DNA from: Lingula anatina
Taxonomy: Eukaryota; Animalia; Brachiopoda
Length of the DNA: 64,000 bases
NCBI GenBank assembly: GCA_051362555.1
Contig: CM120640.1
Coordinates: 53,794,788 to 53,858,787 of the forward strand
Direction of reading: 5' to 3'
Part shown: one piece after another, positions 11,001-26,000 of the stretch
Position numbering within the stretch: the stretch's first letter is position 1
Layout of the letters: each line of letters starts with the position of its first letter
Position numbers and translations under genes: made by a program
The notes under the pieces: model-generated
The model's database searches: none
Seen by the model: the letters and a program-made list of their open reading frames with translations, nothing else
Told to the model about the DNA's origin: nothing

Positions 11001-14000
11001 AATCATTCACAGTTTCCGGAAATAGGTGACACTGATTGCAATTGGCTATCTCTTCAATTATGCATGATCTATATTTTCTTTACCAGTGCAGTTGCCTTTC
11101 CTTAACACAATATCATCAACAGCCAGAGCACCTGCATCATTTACCCCTCGAATACCTTCAAACATGATCTAGAAAAAAGTGGTGAGTAGAATCTTCAAAA
11201 TTAATTTTCTGACAAGCACAGTACGTATCAATTATTACCTAAATGATACAATTGATGTAATTGGATAATTGTAAAATCACCTATTAAATAAATACAGTTG
11301 TGGATGACATGACCAACCTGAAAATCCCCCAAATTTTTGTTTATTGGTATTTCCTGGTACACCCACTGTTCTCTGCCCTCGTCCACCAGGGTCCACACAG
11401 GATCTGTGGGGACAGGAGCACCAGCGCTGACCACGTAAAAATTCAAAATATCCAAGACAGTCCCAGGCAAATAATACCAAAAACTAAGACAATGGGAAGG
11501 AGAAGATGCAGGGATAGTAGCCAAAGGAGATATCAGTTTTGCTCTGTCTCCTGCACTATTTGCTTGTGACATATTAACATAGATATATGAACCTGGAACA
11601 AACAAAATTATAATAAATAATGTTTATCTTCATCATTTTTAGATCATAACCTTTTATTAATTCTTTAGCTTATATGAAAATAGTATTAGTCATATATCTT
11701 TTATTCAAAATCATACACAAAAAATTATCTATAGTGCAGTTATATTTATATAAAATGAACATAAGTACACATCAATATAAAAAGTACCATTGCCAGAATG
11801 ATCTAATCTTGGATTCATGTTTGAATTTCCAGGTATAGACAATGACCAGTCAAACTCGTCTTGTCCTTGCTGGAATTGTTTGTATCCACAGTAGCCTTGG
11901 TCAAAATCACATGTCACGTCATCTATGATGGTGGCTGGTGTGGTAGATGGGGTCGTCCCTGGAGAGGTCGGAGCTGGTAAATACATAAAATTATCTGGTA
12001 ATTATCTTAATCGTAAAATATTCTTCGGATACAAACCATTATTTATTTATTTATTTATCTATTTATTAATTTATTTAGTTTTGAGTGGGGGTGTTTAATC
12101 AAAGTTTAGATGATTGAATCTCAATCTTTACAAAAAAACCTGTGGTTTGCTTTTCATACAACAAAATCCACAACAACAAAAAAATAATAATAATTATAAT
12201 AATAATAAAACAAGGGTAACCACATCCTGAAACCTTTACATAACTTACTGTTTTCGCATCTTGTTCCCAGGTATCCAGATAGACAGATGCACATGAAAGA
12301 ATCCCGGGTCTCCACACATGTCCCCCCATTCTGACATGTTTCAGGCTTACAGGACTGAGAACCTGGGGAAATATTACACTATTGAAAAAGTACAGCATAT
12401 TGTCAAAAAAGGGTCCACAGTTTTAAAAGCTAAATAAAAAAAAAGAAAAGAAAAAAAAGGCTGATTGTATACAAATACTTGAAAATCAACACTAATTGTA
12501 AATATGCTCTTTCATTGGAATTCTAGATATTTCTTATTAAGTAGCTAATTTTCTTCAGTTTAAGACTGAAAATAATGAAAGCAAACATATTTTTCTGCCC
12601 AAAAAATGTAATATCTTTTTATGTATTTGATACATTCTAAAAACAAAATCACATACTTTGACACTGTCCTTCCTGTAGTCCTATATCATCAATGGCTACA
12701 GTTCCAATACCATTCAAACCACGAACTCCTTCAACCACAACCTAGGGATGAAGACATATTGTATACACGTAGGTGCAACTGCCAATCAAAAATGTCCATA
12801 TTTTGTGTACATCAATTGAAAGGGTTTATATGAAATTATAGAAAATATGTCTATTTTAAAAAGAAGTAAATTTTACCTCAAAAGCTCCGTTCATATCCAA
12901 CAAAACTTCTTCATACCACCAATCTGAACTTTCTTCACTGGAAAATGAAGTCCACACAGGGTTACGAGGCATCTCCTCTCCTGCTGGTCTCATATAGACA
13001 TTTAATGTGTCAGAGACAGCACCAGACAGATAAAACCAGAAGGTAAAGCAATGAACACCACCAGATGAAATCTCTGGTGACATCAGAAAAGCTCTGTCGT
13101 CCGTCTTCCTTGAAGATGAGTTTATGAAGAGGTATGAACCTGGAACAAGTAACAACCATTTCAGTGTAAAGAAGTGCAGTTAAATATAATAATATAGCTT
13201 ATCAATCCTGTCTTCAAGGTAATAAATGTCAAGCAAGAGATCTGTGGAGAACTGACAGCGAGTATTTGCTACATGTACACAGCACCATCTTTTCACCACT
13301 TATAATCTCAACTTGTCAGAGTGGAATGGTTATAGAGTGTTTCCAGGGGGCAACTGGAATGCAGGGTCATTCCAAAAAAAATAAATAAATAAAAATAAAT
13401 AAATAAAACAAACGATTATCATGTGAGCATTTGTCATAAATGAATTTGTGAAAAATCACAGACCTATACTTATATTTTGGAAAAACTTTCTACAATCTAA
13501 CAGAAACTATGGAATATTTGATAAATGTTGCTATACAGTAATGGGTTGCTGAGCAACAGCAGCAAGTACATCTATATCAATAATTCAATAACTACACATG
13601 ATAAAATATTCAAGAAAAAGTACCAACCATTTCCAGTGGTATGATCACTATATGGTTTTACAACTTTTTGTCCAGGGGTTGAAAAAGACCAATCAAATTC
13701 ATCCTCTCCACTTTGGTGGTATGCACAGAGAGAGCCACTGTCAAAAGTACAGTTCAGACTTGGTGGTACAGTGGTGGTGGGTGGTAAGGTAGAGGTGGTG
13801 GCAACTAAAACAAGAACTAATTAATTGTCTAAAAATATCATTCATATGTGGAAACAAAACTTTGATTTTTTAAATAAGCAAGATTATGAAAAAAAATCAT
13901 AGCTCTGAAAAGCTGATTCTCAAAATCAATAAGAAAATAATCAATATAGTTTTGTATGTACATGTTAATAATTACTGACCAATTTCACAAGTTTTTCCTG

Positions 14001-17000
14001 TAAATTTTGGCTGCATGCATTCACATAGGAATCCCTCAGCACTGGCAATACATGTTCCACCATTTTTACAGGGCTGACTGCCACATGGAGATGGTTCTGA
14101 AAATCAAATGTATCAAAAAAGTCTTAAAATATTGGAATTTCTTAAAGTAATGATATTAAGGAGTACAAAATAACAGAATGTTTCAGTAAAAATAATACAT
14201 AAAATGTGTGTGGCCATTAGCAGACTTAAACTTCTTTAGGATCATTTGTATAGATTCAAATAAGAAACAGCAAAGGTTAGAAACAACACTACAGATCAAT
14301 ATATACATTGTTAGCATTGTCACGTTGTTTCTGGCCTGTACTGTATAATGTTTCTATAACAAAAAAAAAAAAAAAAAAAAAAAAACATTATTCTAAATCT
14401 TTTTAAATACTACTGACTTGTGCTAATGAAATAAAATGAATAAAGGTAAAATACTTGAGCAATCTCCTAGCAGTATTTCAACATCATCTATAGCCACCAT
14501 CCCTTTCTTCTCAGCTGCCTTCACACCTTCTATGACAACCTTCAAACATAAATTACATCAATCTGTCTGCCTCTTTTGGGGTTTACTATTGAACTTATAT
14601 AACAGTTGAGCAGTGGTTCATATTTTCAGGCAAATTATTATAAAAGTACGTTTAACCTTTTCCCACCACCTCAGTATCTCCAATACTGAAATAGTAAAAA
14701 ACTCCATAAAAATTCCATTTTGAGTAAACTTATTCAACTATGAAAATTATACTTAAATCACCATGCAGTTTCTTAATAGGTCATTCATAGAATACCTGGA
14801 ATGCTCCATTCATATCTATATAGACTTCATTCCTTTCCCAATCAAGATCAGTGCCTTCAAAGACAGAGAATACAGTATACACAGGGTTCACTGGAACATC
14901 TTCCTGGTAAGGCTTGATATATATATTAATGCTGTCTAGAGTGGCTTTATCTAGGAGATGCCAGAATATGAAGCAGTGAGAGCCTGGGGAGTTCACCAGA
15001 GGTGACAGCAGACGGGCACGAGCATCGCTCATCTTGACAGCAGTGACGTTGATGAATAGGTAGTCATCTGAAGTTTAAAGAGAATGACATTTTATTAAAG
15101 AGTAGGTTTAAAAGGTGATAAATTTGTGTTCTTGAAAATACACCATTTTCATGTCCATGTAAGAATTTTGGAGTGGTTCATCTTTCAAGTTCCATGTATT
15201 ATTAGTATTTATGTGTATTATTTTGTAAAATGATTATCAGAAAAACAACTGCTTTAAACAGGGTATTGTAAATCAAAATGTATCCAAAATCTGTTACTAT
15301 CCATCCAAATTTTTCATCCATTCATACAACAAACAAATTGTTGCATTGTTTTTATCAGCAAGGGCACTGTTACCATGTGCACTATCTTGGCCAGCAGACT
15401 TGTTGACTGTACTGTAAAAAGACCAGTCGAATTCATCTTCTTGACTCTGTGTGTATCCACAAAGAGAGTTGTGTGTAAAGCTGCAACTGAACTCTCCTGG
15501 AGTATGGACAGTACTGGACACTGTGGTGGATGGTGGCCATGTGGGGCATTTTCCTGGGACCAGACCTTGTTTATATATAGGGTTTATATTTATCAAATTT
15601 ATTATTTAACACATAGAAAATAATATTGACATACACTATGCATGATGTCATAATAGTCTAATATGCAACCTGGCAGAAAGAAACAGTGTCTAGAAATGAC
15701 ATGCAACATTGTGATTAACAGTGAACCATTTAAAAAGGTGAAATGGCCGAGTGGTCATTACCCTGCTGCTGTGAACTGCAATCAACCATTAAAAGAGTAT
15801 CTGTATCAAATCTGTTAGCAATTAAATAAAAACATTTTCATCAGTCAAATCTTCTACCATCTGCAGAAAATATTTTTACTATGATATAACGCATACATGT
15901 ATACATTCCTTTTTCATGAATGGTTAGCTAAGACAAAACTTTGATATTCTTTAAATGAAGTGCTCACATGTGCGCACATCTGCGTGCACAGGTGCACTTA
16001 TATGCATGTGTACTATGCATATGTACTTACAATCACCACAATTGATGCCTGTATAATACACTGTGCATTCACAAAGAGCTTTTCCTACGGATTCTATACA
16101 TGTTCCACCATTCTGACATGGCTGGCTGTCACAATATCTAGGAACTGCAATGAACATTTAGAATTCAATAGATCAAAACGCTCTGCAGCTACTACTTAGT
16201 ATAAAGTATTACTGCACATACTTAAATTTACAATGAGTGCTTAATACACTGTCCTAACAGAAATATATTTTAATTTATGCTATAAGCTAAGTTTTTAACC
16301 TGAGCAATTCCCTGGTTGTATTGAAAAATCATCCAATGCCATTATGACAGCTCCATTGTCAATGTTGGCAGTAACCTCTCCCATAAATGCCACCTGGAAA
16401 AAGCAATTTTCTTTAATTTAAGGTAATGTTAGTTCAAATTTTTGAAAAGAAATTCATACTAAGCTATGTACAATCTCATGATCCCATTCTAGATCACATT
16501 GGAGAATATTCTGATTAAAAACCTGCATGTATGTAAGTTGAGAAACCTAAAATGTTGAATCAAAAATAAATATGAAAAAAGTTGTTTCACCTGGAACCCA
16601 TTTCTGTTCACCACATGAATCTCCTGTTTTTGCCACTGAGGTTTATCATCCAAAAAAGAAGACATCCACACTCTGTTAGTGAGTCTCACTTCATCAGCCG
16701 CAGTCACAAATACAATCAAAGGATTAGTATTTGGGGTTAAGAAGTACCAGAAACTGAAGCAATAGGCCTGCTGAGGGACATTCAATATCAATGGAGACAG
16801 AAGAAATGCACCACGCAGATCATGTTCAGCCCAGGAATTATTCAGGAATACAAAATTTCCTAGAAACACAAAATATTGAATGATTAATATAAAGTAAAGG
16901 TAAAAGTTTGGTTTATAGCCTGTCTTTAATAAATGAGATCAGCCAGTTTTACAATATTATGACTGGTCCTTATTAAGGGATCTCACCTTGCTGGGAAGGT

Positions 17001-20000
17001 TACAAGACTTGACCAATGACTTCATTCTCTTTATGCTACACGCTTACGCTTAGTGAGGAGACAGGAAGTATATTTCTAAAATGGTCTTTGGTATGACTTT
17101 ACCAGTAAACCCATAAAGCCAGTACATACAATATACAACGATCTGAAATCATATTCCAGCACTGTAAGGTCATAGCATCAATTAACCTATAGGTTAAAAT
17201 AACTAGTAAAAAACAAAAAAAAAACATTCAGGCTGTAAGGTACTGGTACTGTTAGGAAAGATGGAAGCAGCCGACAGGGTTTATGTTAGAGATTAGAAGG
17301 GTTATGAGGGGTACACTGTATGTAGTTCTATAAAAACATACCTGAGCCACTGGTATGATCTTTCACAGTAACTCCCTGTGACACAGCCTCTGACACAATC
17401 TCCCAGTCTAGGTCATCATCCTGGCCGTTAATTCCTTGAGTATACTGACACAAACCACTGTCAAATGTACAGTTCAGTTGTAAAGGTTTAGGAGTGGTTG
17501 GGCTCAGGGTGGAGGGAGCACCTGAGATTATGCATATATGATATTATTGAAAATATATACAATCATTTAGAAAAGGAAGAATGATATGGTGACAGTGTAA
17601 TCAAATAATACTGTTATCTTAAATATGATTTTAAAATGTGTTATTCCTTTAATGTAATGTTTGAAGAAAATATATTATTGGCATACACAATATGTTTAAA
17701 TATTAAATTATAATAACAAAATATACTCATATTGATATTACTGTATTTGGGATCTTTCCATCAAAACACTATTTTAACATTTTTTCTTTTGAGAGTTAAA
17801 CTATTGAATTATCCTCTTATTTGTTAGATAGTATTCAGAATCATCTTGATCAAAAGAATCAATGAAATCCAACCCAGGTTTTATTTAAATCGTGAAAAAC
17901 ATTATCTCACATTCTCCTTGAGAGATAGAAATGTCATCCATAGCAAGGATGCCAGGTTGGCTGTTTTCAGGAACAAAGGTCTCGAAGATAAACTAGAAAG
18001 AAATGTGAGACTTTATATCAACCATGTTAAATAAAAATGTATGGATGAAACAAGGTTAGTTTTCCCCATATCATAAAAAACATACGTAGGCAAAAATATC
18101 AGGTGTGAAACCTCACAAAAGTTTCTGAGGCCAGCAAATTAATTCTCTTGCATCTGATGTACACCAAATTTTAAAAAAACATAATTTTTTTTCTGTTTAG
18201 TTGGCAAAGCTAATTAAATACTGATAATTGCATTTTACCTGAAAAACACTGCTCTTTGGCTTGAAAGAAACTGAAAATCTTTGCCAATCCCCACCCCTGG
18301 CCTGCAGTGGTGATAACAACTCCTCTTTCTCATTCTCTTTGACTATCAAATTAAGCACTGCCAGTTCTCCCTGTAGAAATATATCCAAACACATTGATGT
18401 ACCAGTCACTTGAATCATGGGGGTGACCAGGCTGTATTTTGTTTTCTCCTTGGCTTTACTGGGGTCAAAATAAACAGATTGACCTGAAAAGTAACAGTGA
18501 GAATAACGTATGGTTTTGTGTTAAAATGACCAGTAAAATCACAAAATTTATTTCTGTTTGTGGTTCTTGACACGATAACTTACTGGGTTAGGGTTAGGGT
18601 TAGGGTTAGGGACCTATAGATGTGATGTTCTCATAGTCCTGAATAAAATATGTATAATATTACAAAATCATACATAAACCATATGGCATACATAATATTC
18701 ACATGAAGGACAGCATGAAGGGCAGCATTTCATAAAAATTGAAATATCAACATGATTAATGACATTCCAAATTGCTAATCCAAAATTAGACACATTAACA
18801 CATATTCAAATGTTCATTATCCCCACCTTCTCCAGTGGTATGGTCACCAGTTGGGCTCACCCTCCCTCTCTGCCAGACATCAGAGCTACTCTCTCCAGAA
18901 TCCTGCTGTAGCCCACACCAATCAGTGTCAAAGTCACAAACAAAGTTAACCTGAGGTATTCCAGGTGTGGGAGAAGTTGTTCCATTGGAAGCTAGAGTTT
19001 TAACCAGTAGGAGCATCATTTTATAGTTACTGTTGCAACAATGTTTCTTACATGGCATTGAAGATAAACAAGGAAACACTGTCCTCACAAAATTAATATG
19101 TTAAAATGTTTTTGAATTTTAAAATTAAAAAAAATTTATATGTAACTTTAAAGGTCAAATCACATGAAACACTTATTGATGCCATGTGAATGAATTTTCA
19201 TACCAAGCATTCAAGTCCAATAAACAAATGCAAATACTGTAGGACTTTCACTTAGAAACAGATATGATTAAATAAATCATCAAGATAATGTTGAGTCAAT
19301 TTGTACTGGATTACTGTTACATCATAGTAATATAAAATAAAACACCCAGCAGAAAACATACCTGTCAGTGTCACATCATCCAAAATAACAAGTCCCTGGT
19401 ATGGATTTTCAGTCACTTGGAAAATAATCTGAAAATATATAATGAAAGCTATTTTCAGTCATTTACATTGAATCTCTCTCTCTCTCTCTCTCTCTCTCTC
19501 CCCCCCCCTCCAATATTATTAATTCTTTAATAACATCCAATGAGCACATCATCTAAATACATACAATAGTTACTGTATATTTACATACTGTGTATACATC
19601 ATTTTCTGTAGGACTATAATCCACAACTCCTTTCTGCCACTGCTCATCCACATTCTTCGCCTTCCAGACTGAATGTTCATCACTGACACCTTCCTTCACC
19701 AGAACTGAGAACTCAGCTGACTGTTTATTCTGGATCAACCTGTAGTAGAATTCCAGATGAACTGTTCCCACTGTCTTCATAGTAGGTGACAGCAGCCGTG
19801 CTTGTTCTTTAGTTATAGCTTCCCCAAAGTACATAAAATCGCCTGCATAGAAAAGCATGTTTGTGGATATTAATTCATATATGAATCTTACTTTTGTGAG
19901 TAAAATCACAATTATTTATGTTATAATAAAAAAATTTATTTTAATTATTTCTTAATCTTAATATGTATTTCCCACTGAAGTGCTCATCTTCAAATATCCA

Positions 20001-23000
20001 AGAGTATCTTTACATTATGTTAAATAAAATACTGTGAAAAATAAACACCATTCCCAGATGTGTGGTCCTGCAATGGTTGAGGCAAGTAGACCAGAGTCAG
20101 GTTTCCTGCTCTTTTCCAGAAGAGCCTAGGTGTTTTAGTGGATGGGTCCTGAGTAAAGCCACATACACCTTTATCAAATGTACAGCTCAATGTGCTGGGG
20201 TGGAGAGGAACTATTGCTGTTGGAGACTGAACAGAACCTAAAAAAGAAAATAGTTGGGAGGACATATTCGTATTTAACCTGATTAATTTGAGTTTTTTCA
20301 TAGTAGGTTAAATAGTATTGCAACTGTTTTTTGTGCAGATTTGATAAAATGGAAAGTTACTTTTTAAAGGTATTAAAATACTTAAGACGTTGCATTTAAT
20401 TATTCTTCACAGAGTTTATGAAAATGTGATATTATATCAAATGTTTAATTGCTTCATATTTCAATTTTGTTTATAAATGATATTTACCTATCAACTTTAT
20501 ATTAGCCAATAAAACAAAACCTCTTGGGTCATTGTGACTGACTTCAAATATAATCTGAAAAAAAGAATAAAAACCTGTCTGTCAACCACTTTAATGAAAA
20601 TTATGTTAAAAATGAAATAATTTTGCCAATTACACATTTCTGAGTTTTGTATTTTGCGAATTACCCATGTTTTTTTCACCTGTATTAAAGGAGGTACAGA
20701 GAACAGTATTTATAAAAAGCTTAAAATAAGCTCATGATGTTTCAGTTGAATCCATTGATGAGTGTCCACCTACAAGTCTGTCTTTGCTCTGTGCTTTGAA
20801 TAATAACTGTTACTATAACATACTATAAAATCTTCATTTGGTGTGAACTTCACAGCCCCTTTCCTCAAAGTATCTGAAGCGTAGTGAATCTTCCATTTAG
20901 CATGTGCAACACCAAGACCCTCCTTGACAAGTACAGAGAACTCTGTGGAGATGTTGGCCTCCTGCTGTAAGATTCTGTAGCTAAATTCCAACTCGAAGGT
21001 CCCTCCAGCCTTGAATGAAGGAGATCCAATTCTTGCTACCTCCTTGCCCGTGCTTTCGTTGAAGTAGATGAAATTACCTTTAAATGGAATTAAATTGCAA
21101 ATTCAAAAAAAAACTCTTTGAAAAATTGCACATCATCAATTTAATAAAAAAATCCTTAATTCTAGAGCAGAAGGAAGAATGGAAAACAAATTTACCACGC
21201 AGCACCTCCTGTTTAGGACTAGATGATCCTGGTGTGAAGTACTGTACAGAGAGCCCAGAACCTCTCCTCCAGTACAGACTGGACTCCTTGACTGACGGGT
21301 CCTCAGTCAAACCACACATATCTTTGGTGAAGTCACAACTGAAGACTGGGTACATAGGACTAGGAGTTGGAGTGGAGGCCTGGCTGGGTGTGGTAAGGGC
21401 TGGACCTGGCATGTGAAACAGATCAAGTCTTTATTCAAGCCTACAATTCCTATGACTAGTTTTTCTGATCCTCTGTTTCAGAAACTGACATGTGCCCAAG
21501 GGACTTATTATCAACAATTTGAGACCATTGTACTGACATATATATAAAATAAATCAGACATTTTTGTGAAGTTCCACGAAAATGTAATTTACAAATAACA
21601 AAGAATGGAGTCCCTGGTAACTTTGTTAATATCATTTGTCTGTGACTGACACAGATGTAGTACTGTGATATATATTTCATTAGAACACGTCTCACATACT
21701 ATCAGGTTAAACTACCATGTAGAAAGGTACTGAATCATCACATTAAAATATAAAATTTAGGACTTCAAACGATAAACACAATGCAGTTAAGTAGCGGTTC
21801 TAAAACTTGAAATAAAATAAAATAAACACAAGGTTCTATCAATATTCTGACTCAATTGTTTAGTCTCCACAAAGAGAATATGAATTTAAAATAAGATATA
21901 CAATGCTGCTATGAATTAAATGAAAAAGGTTAAAAACAAACTACTGTAGAAATCACCATTAAAACTCACAATTTCCTTCTGTTGTTAAGACATCATCTAT
22001 AGCAATGAACCCTTCTCCAAGCGGTCCACGCAGGGTTTCAAATGTGAACTGATAAAAAGAAAAAAAGATTGAATATGCACACATTGACAAGTTCTCTAAA
22101 CACAAATAATCTTTAAAGAACTGCGCATTGTATTAAGCACATACTAGTCTCAAATTGCTGAACCTTTCCAGACTAAATTATTACTAGTCTTGTCTTTTGA
22201 TCTATCAACCAATAAACCTGTAGGCCACAAACACACAGCACAAAAATTTATTTCCAAAATATAAAGAAACACTTTTAAATCAAAAAACTTCTACAGCTAA
22301 ACCTTTCTTGCCTCTGATGCATGACACTTTAAGCTTTTGCACTAAGTAATACTAGTAATACTAGCAGGATAGAAAATGGAAAGTGATCAATTCATTCTTC
22401 ATCTTGGCTCAGAATTCAGTTGAGGACATTTGTTGATAGGCATGTAGCGTACAAATGTTAAGTGGTACCTGAAAGTCAGTTCTAGATTTCATTTGGACGT
22501 ATTGCAGCCTCCATGCTCCAGTCTTCTCCATGTTGCTGTCATGTTCCCAGCGCTTGTCTCCCTCACCATCAGGTCCATTTTGCAGCACCACCAGACTCTG
22601 TGCTGAAGTGCCATAGATACTATAATAAAACTGAAGGCAGATGTGGTTGGCTTTCAGAACTGGGGACACTACAGCGCCCTCTCCTGGCATGGTCACTTTG
22701 CCAGCATCAGCAATGAGGAAGAAACCTGAAAACAGAGAAGGGTGGGACTAAATCTACTGTCGCTGCTTAATGCCATATAAATATTTATGCTGCCAAATAC
22801 AAAATATATTTTACATGGCCATCAGAAAATTTTTAAAATTTTTTTTCAATTTTTGTCTTTTCATAAAATATCATGCTTTGAGGAGACAAGTAATGTATCT
22901 AAAAATAAATATATACTGATTGTTTTTAAAAGTTACAAAAAGCTCAAATAAGTGTGAATTAGTAACAATTATCATATGTTATATACATATACTTCACATT

Positions 23001-26000
23001 CTATAAACCTCCTACCTTTCCCTGATGTGTGATCAACAATGGCCCCTTCCCCTCCTAAGGCATGACTCTCTGTCCTGGACCAATGGATTGAAAGTGATGG
23101 CCTATTCAGTGAGGTGAACCCACACATATCAGAGTCAAATGTACAGTTCAGAGTCAGCAAAGCTGGGGAAGTTGGTTTTGTTGGATCTGGACCTAAAACA
23201 TAGTAAATATATATGATTGCAGGCAGTTTCAAACTACACTGTATGTGCAATTGTGTTAATATGCACAGTGTCCATGATATCTGATACTGTATCAGAGTAA
23301 CAGACAAGAATGGAGGAGAGCCAAATGTGGGAAAAGGTCCAACCCAGTTCGTTCAGGACTGGAGACCTGAAAAACTGAATATCATAATGATGATAAGGAT
23401 GATGATCGTATTCACAGTATGATACAAGTGTGCTGAAATTTCCAAATGGGTAAATTAAATACTTATTTCTTAATAATTTGAAGTTTTACATTTTCAGAAA
23501 AGGCATCTTTACTAGAAATAAAAGCAGTGTGCTGAAGTTTCCAAGTGGGTAGATAAGTACTAATATCTACATGATTCAAAGTTAAATTCTTTTCGAAAAT
23601 TCTTTCTCTTCTTGTTAAAATTAAAAGGTCAGTTGATGGGGGGGAGGATGGGGGAAGGGAGAAAGATAGAAAGAGATTCCCTTGGGGTGATATGACTGTA
23701 CAATCTAGCACTATGAAAACTTACTGCTCATGTGCAAACATTTGATACCTGTGCTGCGAGGAATAGATACCCTGTATATAAATGTAAAGAATCTAATTTT
23801 TTTCAATCCTTTAAAACTCACATTTTACTGGTGAAAACACCACATCATCTAAAGCTATGTCTCCCTGATCCCCACCACTTCCTCGTTCTGCTTCAAATAC
23901 CATCTGTAAGTTAAATACAATTAAGTTACATTTGTGTTAATGTTGCCAGTTATACCATGCAGCTGTCTCAAACTAAAAGTACCTATTACATGTATTCACA
24001 GATGACTGCATGACTGGTCTGCAACTTCATCACTTTATATGTATCTATGTTCCTCTTTTTATCTTAAAAACCTTCTTAAGTATAAAGATGTTACATTAAA
24101 ACTTAAATATTGGGTCTTGGATTTAAACAAGATCCCAGAGAAAGTCTATGAATGACAACAAGGAAAAGCAAGACTATTCTTATTATGCACTATAACCTTC
24201 ACAGGGTCTATTCCTTTGTTACTATATAAAGTACCTGGTATGGAGTGCTTGACTCAATATTCACTTTAGCTTGATACCAGTTAGCTCCCTGATCACCCTG
24301 TCTAGAGAAAACAGGTGCCCCTGGGTCACCCCCTTTCTGGATATAGACATTCAGTGCCCCAATGTGTCTTCCTCTCATGTGGTACCAAACAGAGAGGCAG
24401 GTGCCAGAAGTGGGTGCAAGGTATGGAGTAGACATGTAGATTTTTTCTCCCACCGGCATTTTACTGGATTCCAAATACATGAAGTAACCTACAATCAAAA
24501 GAGTTTTTTTTAAAACCATATCAAATGATCGTTCATTGACTTCTCTACTACACAAGCTAAAAGGCTATATTTTTACTTAGCTAATTTTAGACAATATCAG
24601 TCTAAATAAAAGTTTTGCAACAGGTTAAATGTTGAAAAGAATTACCAGATCCAGTGGTATGGTCTCCTCTTGGTCCTGTCCACCAAGTGTCAGTTGATCC
24701 TTTTTTCCTAACCCATGTGAAGCCATGGTCAGATATGTCCAAGTTATAGTTGCAATAGTTCTGGTCAAAATGGCAGTCTGCAGTGGCAGGAAGTGGTGCA
24801 GAAGTACTTGGGGTTGTACGTGGAGTTGTCTCTGCTAAAAATATAAACAGACACTGAATAATCATTTCTGTTTTATGCCATTTTTTTAGTAAGAAATTGC
24901 AATCTGCTGGCCAGGGATTGCTTGATTTCAAGCACAAAATCCAAATTTATTGAATGTTAGCAGATGGTTATGCTAATGCAGTTCTTTGCAAGCACACTCC
25001 ACGCCCACTTATACAAAGTGCTGAATTTGCCTCAGAAAAAATGTCTTAATTTCCTTAAGTACTTAACCCCATAAACATTAAGCTAAGACACATCTGACTT
25101 CCTATCAGGCCCTTCATGTACTATGGGTCAGTAGTGAACATAAGTTGTCTTTCATGAACTCTCTTTGATCATGTCCAATGTGCCTGTCAAAGGGGTTGTT
25201 CAGAATGAGTTAGTGCACACATACTCCATGTGGAATCTGGCTGAATGCAATCATACCAGACTAACACAGCTCCTTCTGGCCTTATAGTAGGCTTGTTAAG
25301 AGGTCAAACGCTGCATTTTATAGTACAAATGTCTAACTTGGCATAAATGTTCCTTGGGCCAAAAGAAAATTTTTTATCCAAAGAGACGCCCTCTATCGAT
25401 ACATTAATTAGCATTAATTATGCAAATTAGGTGCCAAAATATATAATATTTCATATTTCCATTAATTTTTGGCCTAGAAACATTTATAGATTATCAAACC
25501 TGACTAAATTAGGGACAAGGAACCCATTTTTGATCATTTGGAAGCAATTGGTGGCCATTTTGTGCCTCAAATCCAAGATGGCCGCCACCCGCCATTTTGA
25601 AAGTGGACATAATTTTGCTATTTTATGTTGAATTTTGAAGCGTTTGGTCTATATATATTTGATATAAATATCGATTCCTACTATTTTGGGTGTGAAAAAG
25701 TCATTTTTGATATTGTTTTGGTGATAGTAGGTGATTTGAATGGACAAAGAGGGTGTTTTAAGTGCTTACCACATATGTGTGAACACTGCAAAACCATGGA
25801 TGTTGATAACCCGTATTCAAATATATCTCAATGCAATTTTTTGTTATATACCATTGCTATTGGACTATATTATGAGCTAAAAAAAACCCACACTTTTACC
25901 ATTGTGGAGGCCATTGGTGGCCGTTTTATCCCTCAAATCCAAGATGGCCGCCAAAACCATTTTGAACATGAGCATAATTCGCTATTTTGAAACTACATGT

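Noticed and set aside
16930-17105. Possible SINE-like fragment (GTCTTTGGTATGAC motif)
   Set aside because: Too degraded; no clear A/B boxes, TSD or convincing second copy in the window.
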